NCBI GenBank assembly: GCA_050248855.1
Contig: JBFWRP010000001.1
Coordinates: 160,001-224,000 of the forward strand
Direction: 5' to 3'
Source of the DNA: Planctomycetota bacterium
GTDB lineage: Bacteria > Planctomycetota > PLA2 > JAEUHO01
Length of the DNA stretch: 64,000 nt
Shown here: one piece after another, positions 8,476 to 20,256 of the stretch
Layout of the letters: each line of letters opens with the position of its first letter
How positions within the stretch are numbered: position 1 is the first letter of the stretch
Notes under the pieces: model-generated
What the model was told of the DNA's origin: nothing
Seen by the model: only the letters and a program-made list of their open reading frames with translations
Database searches by the model: none
Position numbers and translations under genes: made by a program

Positions 8476-9753
8476 TCACTCCAGCGGGAGCGGCTCGCGC
8501 ACCAACCCCAGGTCGGAGGGGGCGAAGCCGTAGCGCACCTCGGAGAATCGCTCGCGGAGCGCATGCACTTCGTCGCGCACGTCGCGGGCCTTCGTGATGG
8601 CCGCGTGCAGCAGGTCGCCGATGGCGTCCATCTCGTCGGGCCCCATGCCGAAGCGTGTCATCTCCTGCACGCCCAGACGCACGCCACGGGGGCGGAGGGC
8701 GTTCTTCGACGGTTCGCCGGGGAGCAGGTTCATGTTGCAGACGATGTCCTGCCCGCAGAGGCGCTTGCCCACGTCGTAGCCGCCGCCGTGATCGCCCACG
8801 TCGAGCGCGACCTGATGGCTGGCCGTGTAGCCCTGGTCGGGCAGCGCCGGGTGCATGCCGCGCCGCGCGAGGGCTTCGGCCAGCGCACGCGCATTGGCGA
8901 TCGTGGCACGCGCGTAGTCGCTGCCAAACGTCTGCATCTCGACGGCCGCGACGTAGAGGGCGGGCAACGAGAAGAGATGGTGGTTGCTGCTGGAGCCGGG
9001 GAACACGCCCTTGTCGAGCGACGCGTCGAGGTCGCCGTTGACGCCGCGGGACAGCACCACGCCGCGCTGGGGTCCGAAGAAGGTCTTGTGCGTCGAGCCG
9101 CACAGGACGTCGGCGCCCTCTTCCAACGGACGCTGGAACTCGCCGCCGGCGATCAGCCCAAGCACGTGGGCGCCGTCGTAGAACATGAGCGTCCCGTGCT
9201 CGCGGCAGACGTCGACGAGCTCGCGGACGGGCTCCGGGAACAGGATCAGGCTGCGCCCCACCACCACGACGGCCGGCTTCTCGCGGGCGATCAGGTCGCG
9301 CGCGGCAGGCACGTCGATCGTGTAGCCGTCCGGCGTGGTCGGCCACGGATGGATCTGCCGCGTCCGCTTGCCCAGGCTGCCGATCCGCGCGTGGCTGATG
9401 TGGCCCCCCGCGGCGATCGTATGGGCCACCACGGGCGCGCCGTGGGGCACGAGGCGCGAGAACACGGCCTCGTTGGCCACGGTGCCGCTGATGGGGCGGA
9501 CGTCGGCCCAGCCGGCACCGAACAGGTCGCGGACGACCTTCTCCGTCTCCGACTCGATGTGGTCGACGAACTGCGTGCCCTCGTAGTAGCGACCGCCCGG
9601 ATGACCCTCGGCGTAGCGGTGGAGCAGGTCGCTGTCGAGCACCGAGCGCGCGGCCGGGGACAGCACGTTCTCCGAGGCGATCAGGTTGAGCGTGGACGCG
9701 CGCCACCGATCGTGGGCGTCCAGGGTCGAGCGGATGCCTGCGAGCCTCTCCAT
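8476..9753 (-). CDS. glyA: Serine hydroxymethyltransferase, archaeal-type signature
   Basis: LNLIASEN, RYAEG...RYYEG, GGHISH, YDGAH, STHKT (PLP Lys), SNHHL; SD GAGGAG before ATG 9753. Confidence 0.93.
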   Translation of the reverse strand: MERLAGIRSTLDAHDRWRASTLNLIASENVLSPAARSVLDSDLLHRYAEGHPGGRYYEGTQFVDHIESETEKVVRDLFGAGWADVRPISGTVANEAVFSRLVPHGAPVVAHTIAAGGHISHARIGSLGKRTRQIHPWPTTPDGYTIDVPAARDLIAREKPAVVVVGRSLILFPEPVRELVDVCREHGTLMFYDGAHVLGLIAGGEFQRPLEEGADVLCGSTHKTFFGPQRGVVLSRGVNGDLDASLDKGVFPGSSSNHHLFSLPALYVAAVEMQTFGSDYARATIANARALAEALARRGMHPALPDQGYTASHQVALDVGDHGGGYDVGKRLCGQDIVCNMNLLPGEPSKNALRPRGVRLGVQEMTRFGMGPDEMDAIGDLLHAAITKARDVRDEVHALRERFSEVRYGFAPSDLGLVREPLPLE

Positions 9754-9942
9754 GGGCCCTCCTCGCCTCGGTGGGCGGCCGGTGGGCCGCGGAGGCACCT
9801 GGGTCGGGCGCGTCCGGCCCGAGAGGGCGGTGATCCGCCCTCGGGGGGCGAAGGGTAGCAGCATGGACGCTGGAGGCCGCCAAGGTTGTCGCACGCTTCC
9901 CGCCGCGGTCGACGGTGCCCGGCGGGCGGTTCGCGCGGCGGG

Positions 9943-12021
9943 CTACCGCCAGCCTTCCGCGGCGCCGCGCGTGATGGCCAGCCGGGCAGCGGCATCCCGT
10001 CCCGCCAGATGGAGCAGCATGTCGGTCAGCGTCTTCGGGCCCCCGGCCGCGCGGTAGGTGCGCGCGAGCGCGCCCAGCAGGCCGACCCTGAGCGGCGCCA
10101 CGTCTTCGCCGACCGTCGGGTCGGCTGCGACACCGCGCGGGTCCTGGAGGATGCCCAGCACGACGATCTCCTCGAGCTCGGGCAGCAGGTCACGCTCCGC
10201 GCGCGTCCGGCCCGCCGCTTCCACCAGCGCGCGTGCCGCGCCGGCGGTGGCCTCGAAGGTGCCGAACGGCACGGCACCCGTTCCCTGCGCCTTCCAGCCG
10301 CGATGCAACGTGCGCAGCGCGAAGCGCAGGTCCTGCGTGGCCGGTACCTCGCCGAGCGCGCCCAACGCCCCGGCGGCGGCCTCGACGAGCCTGGGCTCGG
10401 CGCGCGTACGGAGGACGTCGCCGATGGCGACCAGCGACGCGGGGTCCTTCCAGCGGGCCAGCAGGCCGAGCGCCACGCGCACCGCCTCCAACGGCGCCTC
10501 CCGCTGGCCGACGAGGGCGCGCGCCCGCTCCCGCCACGGAGCGCCCTCCGGGCCCTCTCCGTACACGACGAATGCATCGCCCGCGGGCTCCGCCTCGGCG
10601 CGTCCCGCCACGACGTGCTCCCACAAGGTCTCGGCGCCGAGCCCGGCAAACGCCTCCGGGTGCCAGGCCGCCGCGGGATCGCCGCTGCGGGCGCGCTCCG
10701 TCTCCGTGAGCGGCACCAGGAAGGAGGAGCGCGGAAACGCGCTCCCGGCCCGCGGACGGCGCCGTGACGCGATCGCCTCGCCCCAGTCGCGCACGGCGGC
10801 CGGCGGCCAGCCGTGGCCTTCACGAGGCAGCTCGCAGTAGACCGCGTCGGCCTTCTTCTTGCGCCAGGACTCGGCCAGCGCGCGCACGTCGTCGATGGGC
10901 ACGACGTCGTCGCGTTCGCCGTGGAAGCACCACAGGCGCACGCCCTTGGACAGCAGGGCGGAGTGACCGGGCGCCCGCGGCGCGCTCGCAGCACCCACGG
11001 ACGCGTAGCGGTCCGCGTCCTTCGCGCCGAGGGTCCACGCGCCCGTGCCTCCATCGCCGAGGCCCACGAGGTGCACGCGCTCGAGATCGACGTGCCAGCG
11101 GGAGGCGACCTCGTCGAGCAGCGTTTGCACGTAGCGCATGTTGCGCGTGGTCGTCCACGGCCACTCGAGCGCCGTCGGGGCCAGCACGAGGAACCCGCGT
11201 CGTCGCGCCTCGTCCACCAGCACGGGGAGCAGCTCCTTGCCGCGGCCGCGCACGGCCTTGGGATCCTGCGGGTCGGTGCCGCCGCCATGCAGGGCCACGA
11301 CCAGCGGCCGGGGGTCGATCGGGTCGAGGCGCTCGGGCACGTACAGGCTGTAGCGACCCCGGTCCTCTTCGGCCTCGGGCCACGTGGCCACGAGGTCCTC
11401 CAGCACGCCGCGGCGTGCAGCGAGCAGGCGGGCGCAGCGCTCCACGAACAACCCGTCCGGTGTCCAGCCCGTCTGCCGGGCGAGTGCGAGCACCTCCTGA
11501 CGGCGGGCGGCCGCGTCGCGGCGGCGGAGCGCCAGCCGGAGCCCCGTCCGCAACGCAGGCGCCACGCGCAGGTCGGCGGCCAGGACCTCCGCGGAAGGAG
11601 CGCGCCGCCCCAGCGCCTTCGTGGCGGCCGGATGGCCCGGCGCCCGAGCGAGCAGCTCCAGGCCAAGTCGCTCGATGAAGTCGCGCGCACGCCGGTCGGT
11701 GGCCTGCTCGAGGAGCGCTTCGCGCCGCGCCACGTCGGTCTCGGCGATCTCGTCCAAGGAGGCGACGAATGCGTCCTCCGGCGGCCACGGGTCGATCGAA
11801 CGCACCTCGGTCCGTGGGTACGTCTCCACGCCCAGCGTCATCTCGGGGACCGTGCAGCCGAACGTGTTGACGCGCACGGTGGTCGCGTTGCTGGTGACGT
11901 ACCCGCGCACCGTGCGCCCGTTGGTGAACGTCACCTCGTCCACCGCCCACGTCGCCGCGGAGGGCAGCAGGACCAGGAGCACGAGCGCGGGAGCCAGGCG
12001 GACCGCGCGGCGACCCTTCAC
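9943..12021 (-). CDS. Secreted alpha/beta-hydrolase-fold (PHB depolymerase/peptidase-like) + HEAT protein; nucleophile Ser apparently absent
   Basis: GTG start overlaps the lgt stop. YSLYVP...PLVVALHGGG, VDLERVHLVGLGDGG, FHGERDDVVP, EGHGW; HEAT-like C-terminus. Confidence 0.7.
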   Translation of the reverse strand: MKGRRAVRLAPALVLLVLLPSAATWAVDEVTFTNGRTVRGYVTSNATTVRVNTFGCTVPEMTLGVETYPRTEVRSIDPWPPEDAFVASLDEIAETDVARREALLEQATDRRARDFIERLGLELLARAPGHPAATKALGRRAPSAEVLAADLRVAPALRTGLRLALRRRDAAARRQEVLALARQTGWTPDGLFVERCARLLAARRGVLEDLVATWPEAEEDRGRYSLYVPERLDPIDPRPLVVALHGGGTDPQDPKAVRGRGKELLPVLVDEARRRGFLVLAPTALEWPWTTTRNMRYVQTLLDEVASRWHVDLERVHLVGLGDGGTGAWTLGAKDADRYASVGAASAPRAPGHSALLSKGVRLWCFHGERDDVVPIDDVRALAESWRKKKADAVYCELPREGHGWPPAAVRDWGEAIASRRRPRAGSAFPRSSFLVPLTETERARSGDPAAAWHPEAFAGLGAETLWEHVVAGRAEAEPAGDAFVVYGEGPEGAPWRERARALVGQREAPLEAVRVALGLLARWKDPASLVAIGDVLRTRAEPRLVEAAAGALGALGEVPATQDLRFALRTLHRGWKAQGTGAVPFGTFEATAGAARALVEAAGRTRAERDLLPELEEIVVLGILQDPRGVAADPTVGEDVAPLRVGLLGALARTYRAAGGPKTLTDMLLHLAGRDAAARLAITRGAAEGWR

Positions 12022-12920
12022 GCGGCGGCGCCCTCGGCAGGGAGTCGCTCGCCCGTGGCGGGATCGTAGTGACCGGGCTTGCTCCCGCGCTTCTGGCAGA
12101 CGACGAGCGTGACCACGCCCAGCACGATCATGACCGAGCTCAAGAGCTGACCCTGGGTCAGCAGGTCGAACACGTACCGGCCCAGCTGCTCGTCGGGCAG
12201 GCGCACGAACTCCAGCGCGAAGCGGATCAGCCCGTAGCCGATCAGGAACACGCCGGCAATGCGCCCGCCGCCCAGCCCCTTGCGCAGCATGAGCCAGCGC
12301 AGCACGAGGTAGAGCAGCAGGCCCTCGGCGAAGGCCTCGTAGAGCTGGCTCGGGTGGCGCACGCCGGGGAGCATCGGCTTGCCCAGCGCCTCCCAGTTCT
12401 CCGGGCCCTGGCGGTAGTCGGGGAAGCGCATGCCCCAGGGCATGTCGGTGACGGTCCCGAAGAGCTCCGCGTTGATGAAGTTGGCGATGCGCACCGTCAG
12501 CAGGCCCGGGGCCGTGGCCAGCGCCAAGCCGTCGCCGAGATCGCCGAACGGGATGCGCGCCTTGCGGGCCCAGAGCACGTAGGCCAGCACCACGCCGAGC
12601 AGCCCGCCGTGGAACGACATGCCGCCATCCCAGACGCGGATGACCTTGCCCCACTCGAACTCGCCGAAGGGGATCATGTAGAAGAGCACGTAGCCGATCC
12701 GGCCGCCGATGAACACGCCGAGCACGCCCCAGAAGAGGACGTCGGCGACGCGATCCACGGCAACCGGAAGGCGACCGCGCTTGGCCAGCATGCGCAGCAC
12801 CAGGTAGGCGAAGACGAAGGCGAGAACGTACGACACGCCGTACCAGCGGATCTTCAGGTCGCCCAGCTCGACGAGGATCGGGTCGATCCGGGGATAGGCG
12901 ATCTCGGCCAAGACGCTCAT
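12018..12920 (-). CDS. lgt: Prolipoprotein diacylglyceryl transferase
   Basis: IRWYG, GGRIGYV, GGMSFHGG, RIANFINAELFG, RHPSQLYE, RFALEFVR. Confidence 0.96.
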   Translation of the reverse strand: MSVLAEIAYPRIDPILVELGDLKIRWYGVSYVLAFVFAYLVLRMLAKRGRLPVAVDRVADVLFWGVLGVFIGGRIGYVLFYMIPFGEFEWGKVIRVWDGGMSFHGGLLGVVLAYVLWARKARIPFGDLGDGLALATAPGLLTVRIANFINAELFGTVTDMPWGMRFPDYRQGPENWEALGKPMLPGVRHPSQLYEAFAEGLLLYLVLRWLMLRKGLGGGRIAGVFLIGYGLIRFALEFVRLPDEQLGRYVFDLLTQGQLLSSVMIVLGVVTLVVCQKRGSKPGHYDPATGERLPAEGAAA

Positions 12921-12922
12921 CG

Positions 12923-14128
12923 TCAGCTCCCCTGCACGGAAAGGCGTGCCTGTCGGCGTCGCCCGACGCGCAGCACCTCACCGCCGCTCAGCTCGACCCG
13001 GGCCCGCCAGTCCGTGACGTGGGCGTCCCCCACGTGCACGCCGCCCCCCTCGACGAGGCGGCGGCCCTCGGACGTGCTCGCCGCGAAGCCGCAGGTCTTC
13101 AGCAGGTCCACGATCCACCAGCCGTCCTCGCCGCGCGGACCCGCGTCGTGCTCGACGAGGTCCTCGGGCGTCTCGCGATGCCGGAACACGGCGAGGAAGC
13201 CCTCGCGCTGCTTCCGGGCCTCGTCGGCGCCGCGGTAGCGAGCGACGAGCGCCTCGGCCAGGACCAGCTTGGCGTCCATGGGGTTGGGCGCGGCGAGCAG
13301 CTCGGCGATGCGCGGCTCGGCGAGGTCGGTCGCGATGCGCATCCACGTCGGCATGGCCTCGTCCGAGATGCGCATGGCCTTGCCGAACTGGTCCTTGGGG
13401 TCGTCGTCCAGGCCGATGGCATTGCCCAGGCTCTTGCTCATCTTCTCGCGCCCGTCGATGCCCTCGAGCAGCGGACCGATCAGGCAGGCTTGGGGAGGCA
13501 GCCCCACCTGCTCCATGAGGCGGCGGCCGACCATCAGGTTGAACGTCTGGTCCGTGCCGCCGAGCTCCACGTCGGCCTTGACCTCGACGGAGTCCCAGCC
13601 CTGCATCAGGCAGTAGAGGAGCTCGCGCAGGGAGATCGGGTCGCCGCCTGCGTGGCGCTTGGCGAAGCTGTCCCGCTCCATCATCTGCTGCACGGTCATG
13701 CGGTCGGCCAGGCCGAGCACGTCGTGGAAGCCCATCTTCGAGAACCACTCGCTGTTGCGGTGGATCTCGACCCTGTCCATGTCGAGGATCTGGGCCAGCT
13801 GCGTCATCCAGGTGGCCAGGTTGGCCTCGATCGCCTCGGGCGTGAGCATGGGGCGCGTCTTGTCCTTGCCCGACGGGTCACCCACCGTGGCCGTGGTGTC
13901 ACCGAGGATCAGGACGGCTTGATGCCCGAGGTCCTGCAGCTTGCGCAGGTTCCACAGCTGGACGGCGTTGCCGACGTGGACGCTGGACGACGTGGGGTCG
14001 ATGCCGAACTTGCAGCGCAGCGATCGGCCGGACGCCAGGCGATCGCGCAGCTCGGCCTCGGGCACGACCGTGTCGATCGTGCGCGCGAGAGGCGCGAGGA
14101 GCTCGCGAAGCTTCGGGTCCTTGAGCAT
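12923..14128 (-). CDS. tyrS: Tyrosine--tRNA ligase
   Basis: GIDPT..HVGN (HIGH), VGDPSGK, ELGGTDQTFN, KMSKS; C-terminal S4 domain. Confidence 0.96.
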   Translation of the reverse strand: MLKDPKLRELLAPLARTIDTVVPEAELRDRLASGRSLRCKFGIDPTSSSVHVGNAVQLWNLRKLQDLGHQAVLILGDTTATVGDPSGKDKTRPMLTPEAIEANLATWMTQLAQILDMDRVEIHRNSEWFSKMGFHDVLGLADRMTVQQMMERDSFAKRHAGGDPISLRELLYCLMQGWDSVEVKADVELGGTDQTFNLMVGRRLMEQVGLPPQACLIGPLLEGIDGREKMSKSLGNAIGLDDDPKDQFGKAMRISDEAMPTWMRIATDLAEPRIAELLAAPNPMDAKLVLAEALVARYRGADEARKQREGFLAVFRHRETPEDLVEHDAGPRGEDGWWIVDLLKTCGFAASTSEGRRLVEGGGVHVGDAHVTDWRARVELSGGEVLRVGRRRQARLSVQGS

Positions 14129-14195
14129 GCGCGTCAGGGTAGCCGCCGGGTTGCGAGACGGGCCCGTTGCAGGCGAGCGCGTGCTCTCGTCGGGG

Positions 14196-15482
14196 TCAGG
14201 GGCGCTTGTCGGGCTGCGCCGGCGTCACGCGCGTCGTCGCGTCCACGTCGCGCGACCACCAGTCACGCCAGAGCCTCAGGTCGGCGGCCAGCGCCTTGCC
14301 GGACAGGGCGGCCAGCCCCTCCATGAGCGCAGGGTCGCGCGAGGGCCAGGTCCCCAGGCGCTCCATGAGCGGAGCCGCCAGGGGACGCAGCGGCTTGCCC
14401 GCTTGGCGTTCCCGGACGCGCTCCAGGGCGCCGAGCGCGGCACGCCGCAGCGAGGGGTCGCCCTCCGTCAGGGCCCGGGCCAAGAGGCGCACGCCCTCCA
14501 CGACGCGGTCGCGGGGGATGAACTCGCTGGCGACGAGGAGGTGCACCGGCGCCACGGCGTCCACGGCTTGGCGCAGGGTCCCCAGGGGGTCCTGCACGAG
14601 CGTCTCGTAGTTGCGTGGAAGCACGACCACGCGGCCCGGACGGATGCGCAGGCGCAGCGGCCGCGCCTGGCCTTCCACTTCGACCCGGGCCGGACGGAGC
14701 GTGCCGGACACTTCGATGGTGCGCAACCCCGACAGCGCCGGGCCGACCTCCTCGGCCGGGATGCGGATCGGGAACGAGTGCACGGCTCCGGGAGCGATCT
14801 TGGTGGGTCCGTCTTCGGGGCGCTGCCACAGGAAGTTCTGCGTCCAGGACCGCTGCATGCTGCTGGCGTAGATGTCCTGGTCGACGCGCCGCACTTCGAG
14901 CGAGACGGCGCCCGGCGACAGGACGTCGTCCGCGCCTCCCCCGCGTTGGGGAGGCAGCAGCGACAGGGTCTGGCGACCCACGTTGCGCACGCGGATCACG
15001 ACATCGACGGGCTCGCCGAAGACGACGTAGTCCTTGAGCGGCCAGGCCTCGGCGCGCAGCAGCTCGTCTTCGGTGCGCAGGACGCGCAGGCTCGCCTCGA
15101 GCGTGCTGAAGCGCCCTGCCCAGGGCGAGGGCGGGTCCAGGGCCAGCGCGGCCTGGACGATCTGCAGGGCCTCGGTGTCGTAGCCGCCCGCCGAGTAGTC
15201 CTGGGCGAGGTCGTACTTGGCCTTCCAGCCTTCGTCCTCGTCGTCCACCGGGCGACGGTCCCGCAGGAAAGGCGTCTGCGCGATCGCGTCCTTGCCGCGC
15301 GGCATGACGATCGGCTCGAGGCTGATCTTCTGCTCCTCGGGCTCCGTCTGGAGCCCGAGCGTCTTGGCCACGTCGCCCTGGCAAGCGCCGAGGAGCAGCA
15401 GGACGCCCGCGGCCACGAGCCCCTGCGCGCCGCTTCGGGAGCGGTCGCGGGCGCGGTGGGCCTGGGGACGCGACGGACGCAT
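14196..15482 (-). CDS. Hypothetical lipoprotein (TPR + Ig-like + HEAT)
   Basis: GVLLLLGAC lipobox; Ig-like VFGEPVDVVIRVRNVG; HEAT and WRDWW C-cap. Confidence 0.65.
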   Translation of the reverse strand: MRPSRPQAHRARDRSRSGAQGLVAAGVLLLLGACQGDVAKTLGLQTEPEEQKISLEPIVMPRGKDAIAQTPFLRDRRPVDDEDEGWKAKYDLAQDYSAGGYDTEALQIVQAALALDPPSPWAGRFSTLEASLRVLRTEDELLRAEAWPLKDYVVFGEPVDVVIRVRNVGRQTLSLLPPQRGGGADDVLSPGAVSLEVRRVDQDIYASSMQRSWTQNFLWQRPEDGPTKIAPGAVHSFPIRIPAEEVGPALSGLRTIEVSGTLRPARVEVEGQARPLRLRIRPGRVVVLPRNYETLVQDPLGTLRQAVDAVAPVHLLVASEFIPRDRVVEGVRLLARALTEGDPSLRRAALGALERVRERQAGKPLRPLAAPLMERLGTWPSRDPALMEGLAALSGKALAADLRLWRDWWSRDVDATTRVTPAQPDKRP

Positions 15483-15532
15483 CCCCCTACCGTGCCTGCC
15501 CCGGATCACGTAGCCGTCATCCGGCAGGGCGA

Positions 15533-17362
<1,830 letters not shown>

Positions 17363-17557
17363 GTGTGGATGGAGGTCCCTACTGGCTTCCGGGGGGTCGC
17401 AGGCGGTCGCGGGGAGGACGCCGGCCGCCCCACCACCGTGATGGGACCCTGCCGACGTCGCCGGTGGAGTCCACCGCGCGCCCCTCGACCCCACCCGCCG
17501 GCAGCGACCACGCGACGCGTAGCCGGGAAGCCCGTACTGCCGTCGGGGGGTTGGAAC

Positions 17558-18265
17558 TCAGGTCGAAAGGGCCGACTGTACCGTCGCCAGCACGGCCTCC
17601 ACAACCTCGTCCGGGGTCCTTCCGGTCGTATCGATCCGCCGGGCGTCGTCCGCGGGGCGGAGCGGCGCCACGGCCCGGGTGCTGTCCAAGCGGTCCCGCC
17701 GCTCCAGACGGGCCTTCATGGCCTCGAGGTCCGCCGGGTCGGCGGCGGGCGCCCGGGCCGTCTCCGCCAGGCGACGGCGAGCCCGTTCCTCGGGGTCGGC
17801 GTCGAGCCAGACCTTCACCCGGGCGTCGGGGAACACGACGGTGCCGATGTCACGCCCCTCCGCCACGATCCGCCCGTTCTCGCGGGCAAAGCGGCGCTGG
17901 TGGCCCACCATCACGTCCCGGACCTCGGCAATGGCGGCCACCACGGAGACGGCCTCCGTCACGTCCGGTGTCCGTAGGCGAGCCGTGACGTCCGCACCCC
18001 CGACCGTGACCCGGCCGTCGGTCGCCAAGACGATGTCCAGGGCCGCGGCCAGTGCGGCGACGGCGGGGGCATCGGAGGGATCCAGACCCCGGTCGAGGGC
18101 TTCGCGCGTCACCGCGCGGTACATGGCGCCCGTGTCCAGGTAGGCCCAGCCCAGACGATCGGCCACCCGTCGCGCGATCGTGCTCTTGCCGGCCCCCGCC
18201 GGCCCGTCGATGGCCAGGACTTCCAGGCGCGCGCCCTGCGGCTGCTGCGGTGCGTCGTCGGTCAT
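17558..18265 (-). CDS. cmk: Cytidylate kinase
   Basis: AIDGPAGAGKST, LDTGAMYRA, AEGRDIGTVVFPDA, RDRLDSTRAVAPL. Confidence 0.96.
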   Translation of the reverse strand: MTDDAPQQPQGARLEVLAIDGPAGAGKSTIARRVADRLGWAYLDTGAMYRAVTREALDRGLDPSDAPAVAALAAALDIVLATDGRVTVGGADVTARLRTPDVTEAVSVVAAIAEVRDVMVGHQRRFARENGRIVAEGRDIGTVVFPDARVKVWLDADPEERARRRLAETARAPAADPADLEAMKARLERRDRLDSTRAVAPLRPADDARRIDTTGRTPDEVVEAVLATVQSALST

Positions 18266-20256
18266 CGTCCGCCGAGGGAGCCGCCGACCTTGCTCCGCCA
18301 CCACGTCCTGAGGGCCTCCGCGCGCTTCGCCGTGCCGAGCGCATCCAGCTCGGCGTCCGTCCACCGCGGGAAGTCCGCGAAGATGGAGTGCCCGGTGGGG
18401 TCGGCCGCCTCGGCCTCCTTCGGGTCGCCCGTGGGCAGGGCGGCGCGCAGCACTTCGTAGGCGCGACGCGCCACGGGCTCGGGCGAGGGCGGGAAGCAGC
18501 TCGCGAAGATGTAGCGGTGGCACCAGACCAGGGGCCCGTAGGGCGGCTGCTCGACCGCGGCGGCCCGCTCCAGGTCGTCCAGCGCGCGCAGGACGGCGAC
18601 CTGGCCCTCGGGGCCGTCGAACCAGTCCGTCCACGTGTCGCGGTGCGCGGAGGCGTCCGCGAGCGGGACCCAGCGGGCGGCGGTAGCCGGCAGGTCCTCG
18701 TGACCCGTGAGCTTCACCAGGGCCACCCGGGCGGCGTTGTACTCGCGCTCCGCCAGCTTGTCGGCGACCGCGTCCCCGGTCGGCAGGAGGTCCAACGAGT
18801 AGAGGTACGGCTGGAGATAGAGCAGCGCGACGGGCGCGCCGATGCCGCCCAGCTCCTCGGCCACGACGCTGCGCACACCCGGGTCCGGGTCCTCCAGGGC
18901 GTAGGCGAGGTTGCGTGCGGCCGTGTAGGGCACCAGCGGGTCGCTGGCGCTCGCGGCATCGAACCCGCCCAAGATGCGCGCCACGAGGATGCGGCACGTG
19001 CTGTCCGGCTCCACGTCGTGGTGGACACGCCGGTACACGATCCGGTCCAGGACCGGGATCTCCTGCTGCAGGTACTCCTGCAACGCGGCACGCCGCACCT
19101 CGACGTCGTCCCCGATGCAGCGGCGCAGCAGGTCCACGAACGGGCTCTCGTCGGGGACCTCCAACGGCGGTTGCGGACCGGCGGGGCGCTGGGGCCCGCG
19201 CCGGGGGTCCAGCCCTTGGCGCAGCATCTCCAGCAGCTGCGTCGCGCGCTTGCGCGCGTTCTCGTCCTCGAGCTTGGGGACCAGCAGCTCCAAGTGGTCG
19301 CGCGCCGCGGCCACGTTGCCCGCGTCGATCGCAAGATCGACGGCCGACATCCGCATGCCCAGGTCGTCCGGGGCGCGCTGCAAGTAGCTCTCGACCTCCC
19401 TGCGGACGGTGCTCGGGGCCGCACCCGACTCGGCAAGGACGGCGATCAGCATGGCCTGCAGCCGCGGGTTCTCGTTCCAGGCGGGCGTACCGCGCAGCTC
19501 CTGCATCTGCCGCAGGGCCAGCTCGGTCTGCCCGCTCACCATGGCGGCCTGGGCCAACATGACGGGCCACCTGGGGTTCTGGCGCCAGTACGCCCCGTCG
19601 TTCATGCCCTTCAGGCGGAGGAACCAGCGCACGGCGTCCTCGGCGCGCTCGGCCACGAAGCAGGCTTCGGCCAGGGCGGCGAGGATCTCGGGCTGGTCGG
19701 CCTCGCGCTGCAGGAGCTGCTCCATCAGCGGGATCGCCTCGTCGTAGGCCGCTTCGTCCAGGAGCAGCTTGGCGTACAGGCGTTGCGGCTCGATCTCGCC
19801 GGGGGCTTGGCGGCGAACGTCGTCCAGCACGCGGCGTGCGTCGGCGGGACGCTCGGCCTCCAGATAGACGAGGGCCATCGCCATCTTGGCCTGCCAGAGG
19901 CGCCCGTCGGCCCGGACCGCGCGGACGAGGTAGTCAAAGCCCCGCTTGGTGCGCGCCGGCCCATCCGTCGCGTCCTTCGCCGTGGCGCAGAGGATGCGAC
20001 CAGCCAGGTAGAGGTCGATGGCGGTGCCCGTCTGTTCGGCACGCACGACCTCGCTCTCCACGAGGCGTTGCAGGGCCGGCTCGCCCCCCGTGGAGACGGT
20101 GCGCTTGATCCGCCGATCCTGCTCGGCGCGCGCCCGATCGACGTCGCCCGGCGCCGCGCTGGCGGGGCGCAGGCCCAGGCCGACGACCGCCACGAAGAGC
20201 GCGAGCTGGAGTGCCCGTGGGAAGGCGCCCGCCACGGGCCGTCGGGAAACCATCAT
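18262..20256 (-). CDS. Secreted TPR + HEAT-repeat protein
   Basis: Signal peptide, TPR helices, LEDPDPGVRSVVAEELG HEAT. ATGA coupling at both ends; exact start uncertain (20274/20256). Confidence 0.7.
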   Translation of the reverse strand: MMVSRRPVAGAFPRALQLALFVAVVGLGLRPASAAPGDVDRARAEQDRRIKRTVSTGGEPALQRLVESEVVRAEQTGTAIDLYLAGRILCATAKDATDGPARTKRGFDYLVRAVRADGRLWQAKMAMALVYLEAERPADARRVLDDVRRQAPGEIEPQRLYAKLLLDEAAYDEAIPLMEQLLQREADQPEILAALAEACFVAERAEDAVRWFLRLKGMNDGAYWRQNPRWPVMLAQAAMVSGQTELALRQMQELRGTPAWNENPRLQAMLIAVLAESGAAPSTVRREVESYLQRAPDDLGMRMSAVDLAIDAGNVAAARDHLELLVPKLEDENARKRATQLLEMLRQGLDPRRGPQRPAGPQPPLEVPDESPFVDLLRRCIGDDVEVRRAALQEYLQQEIPVLDRIVYRRVHHDVEPDSTCRILVARILGGFDAASASDPLVPYTAARNLAYALEDPDPGVRSVVAEELGGIGAPVALLYLQPYLYSLDLLPTGDAVADKLAEREYNAARVALVKLTGHEDLPATAARWVPLADASAHRDTWTDWFDGPEGQVAVLRALDDLERAAAVEQPPYGPLVWCHRYIFASCFPPSPEPVARRAYEVLRAALPTGDPKEAEAADPTGHSIFADFPRWTDAELDALGTAKRAEALRTWWRSKVGGSLGGR

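Noticed and set aside
9754..9860. ZTP (pfl) or other riboswitch upstream of glyA
   Set aside because: A hairpin and a GCCG..CACC.AGGC-like segment are present, but element order and conserved nucleotides do not fit the ZTP consensus. cmscan would settle it.
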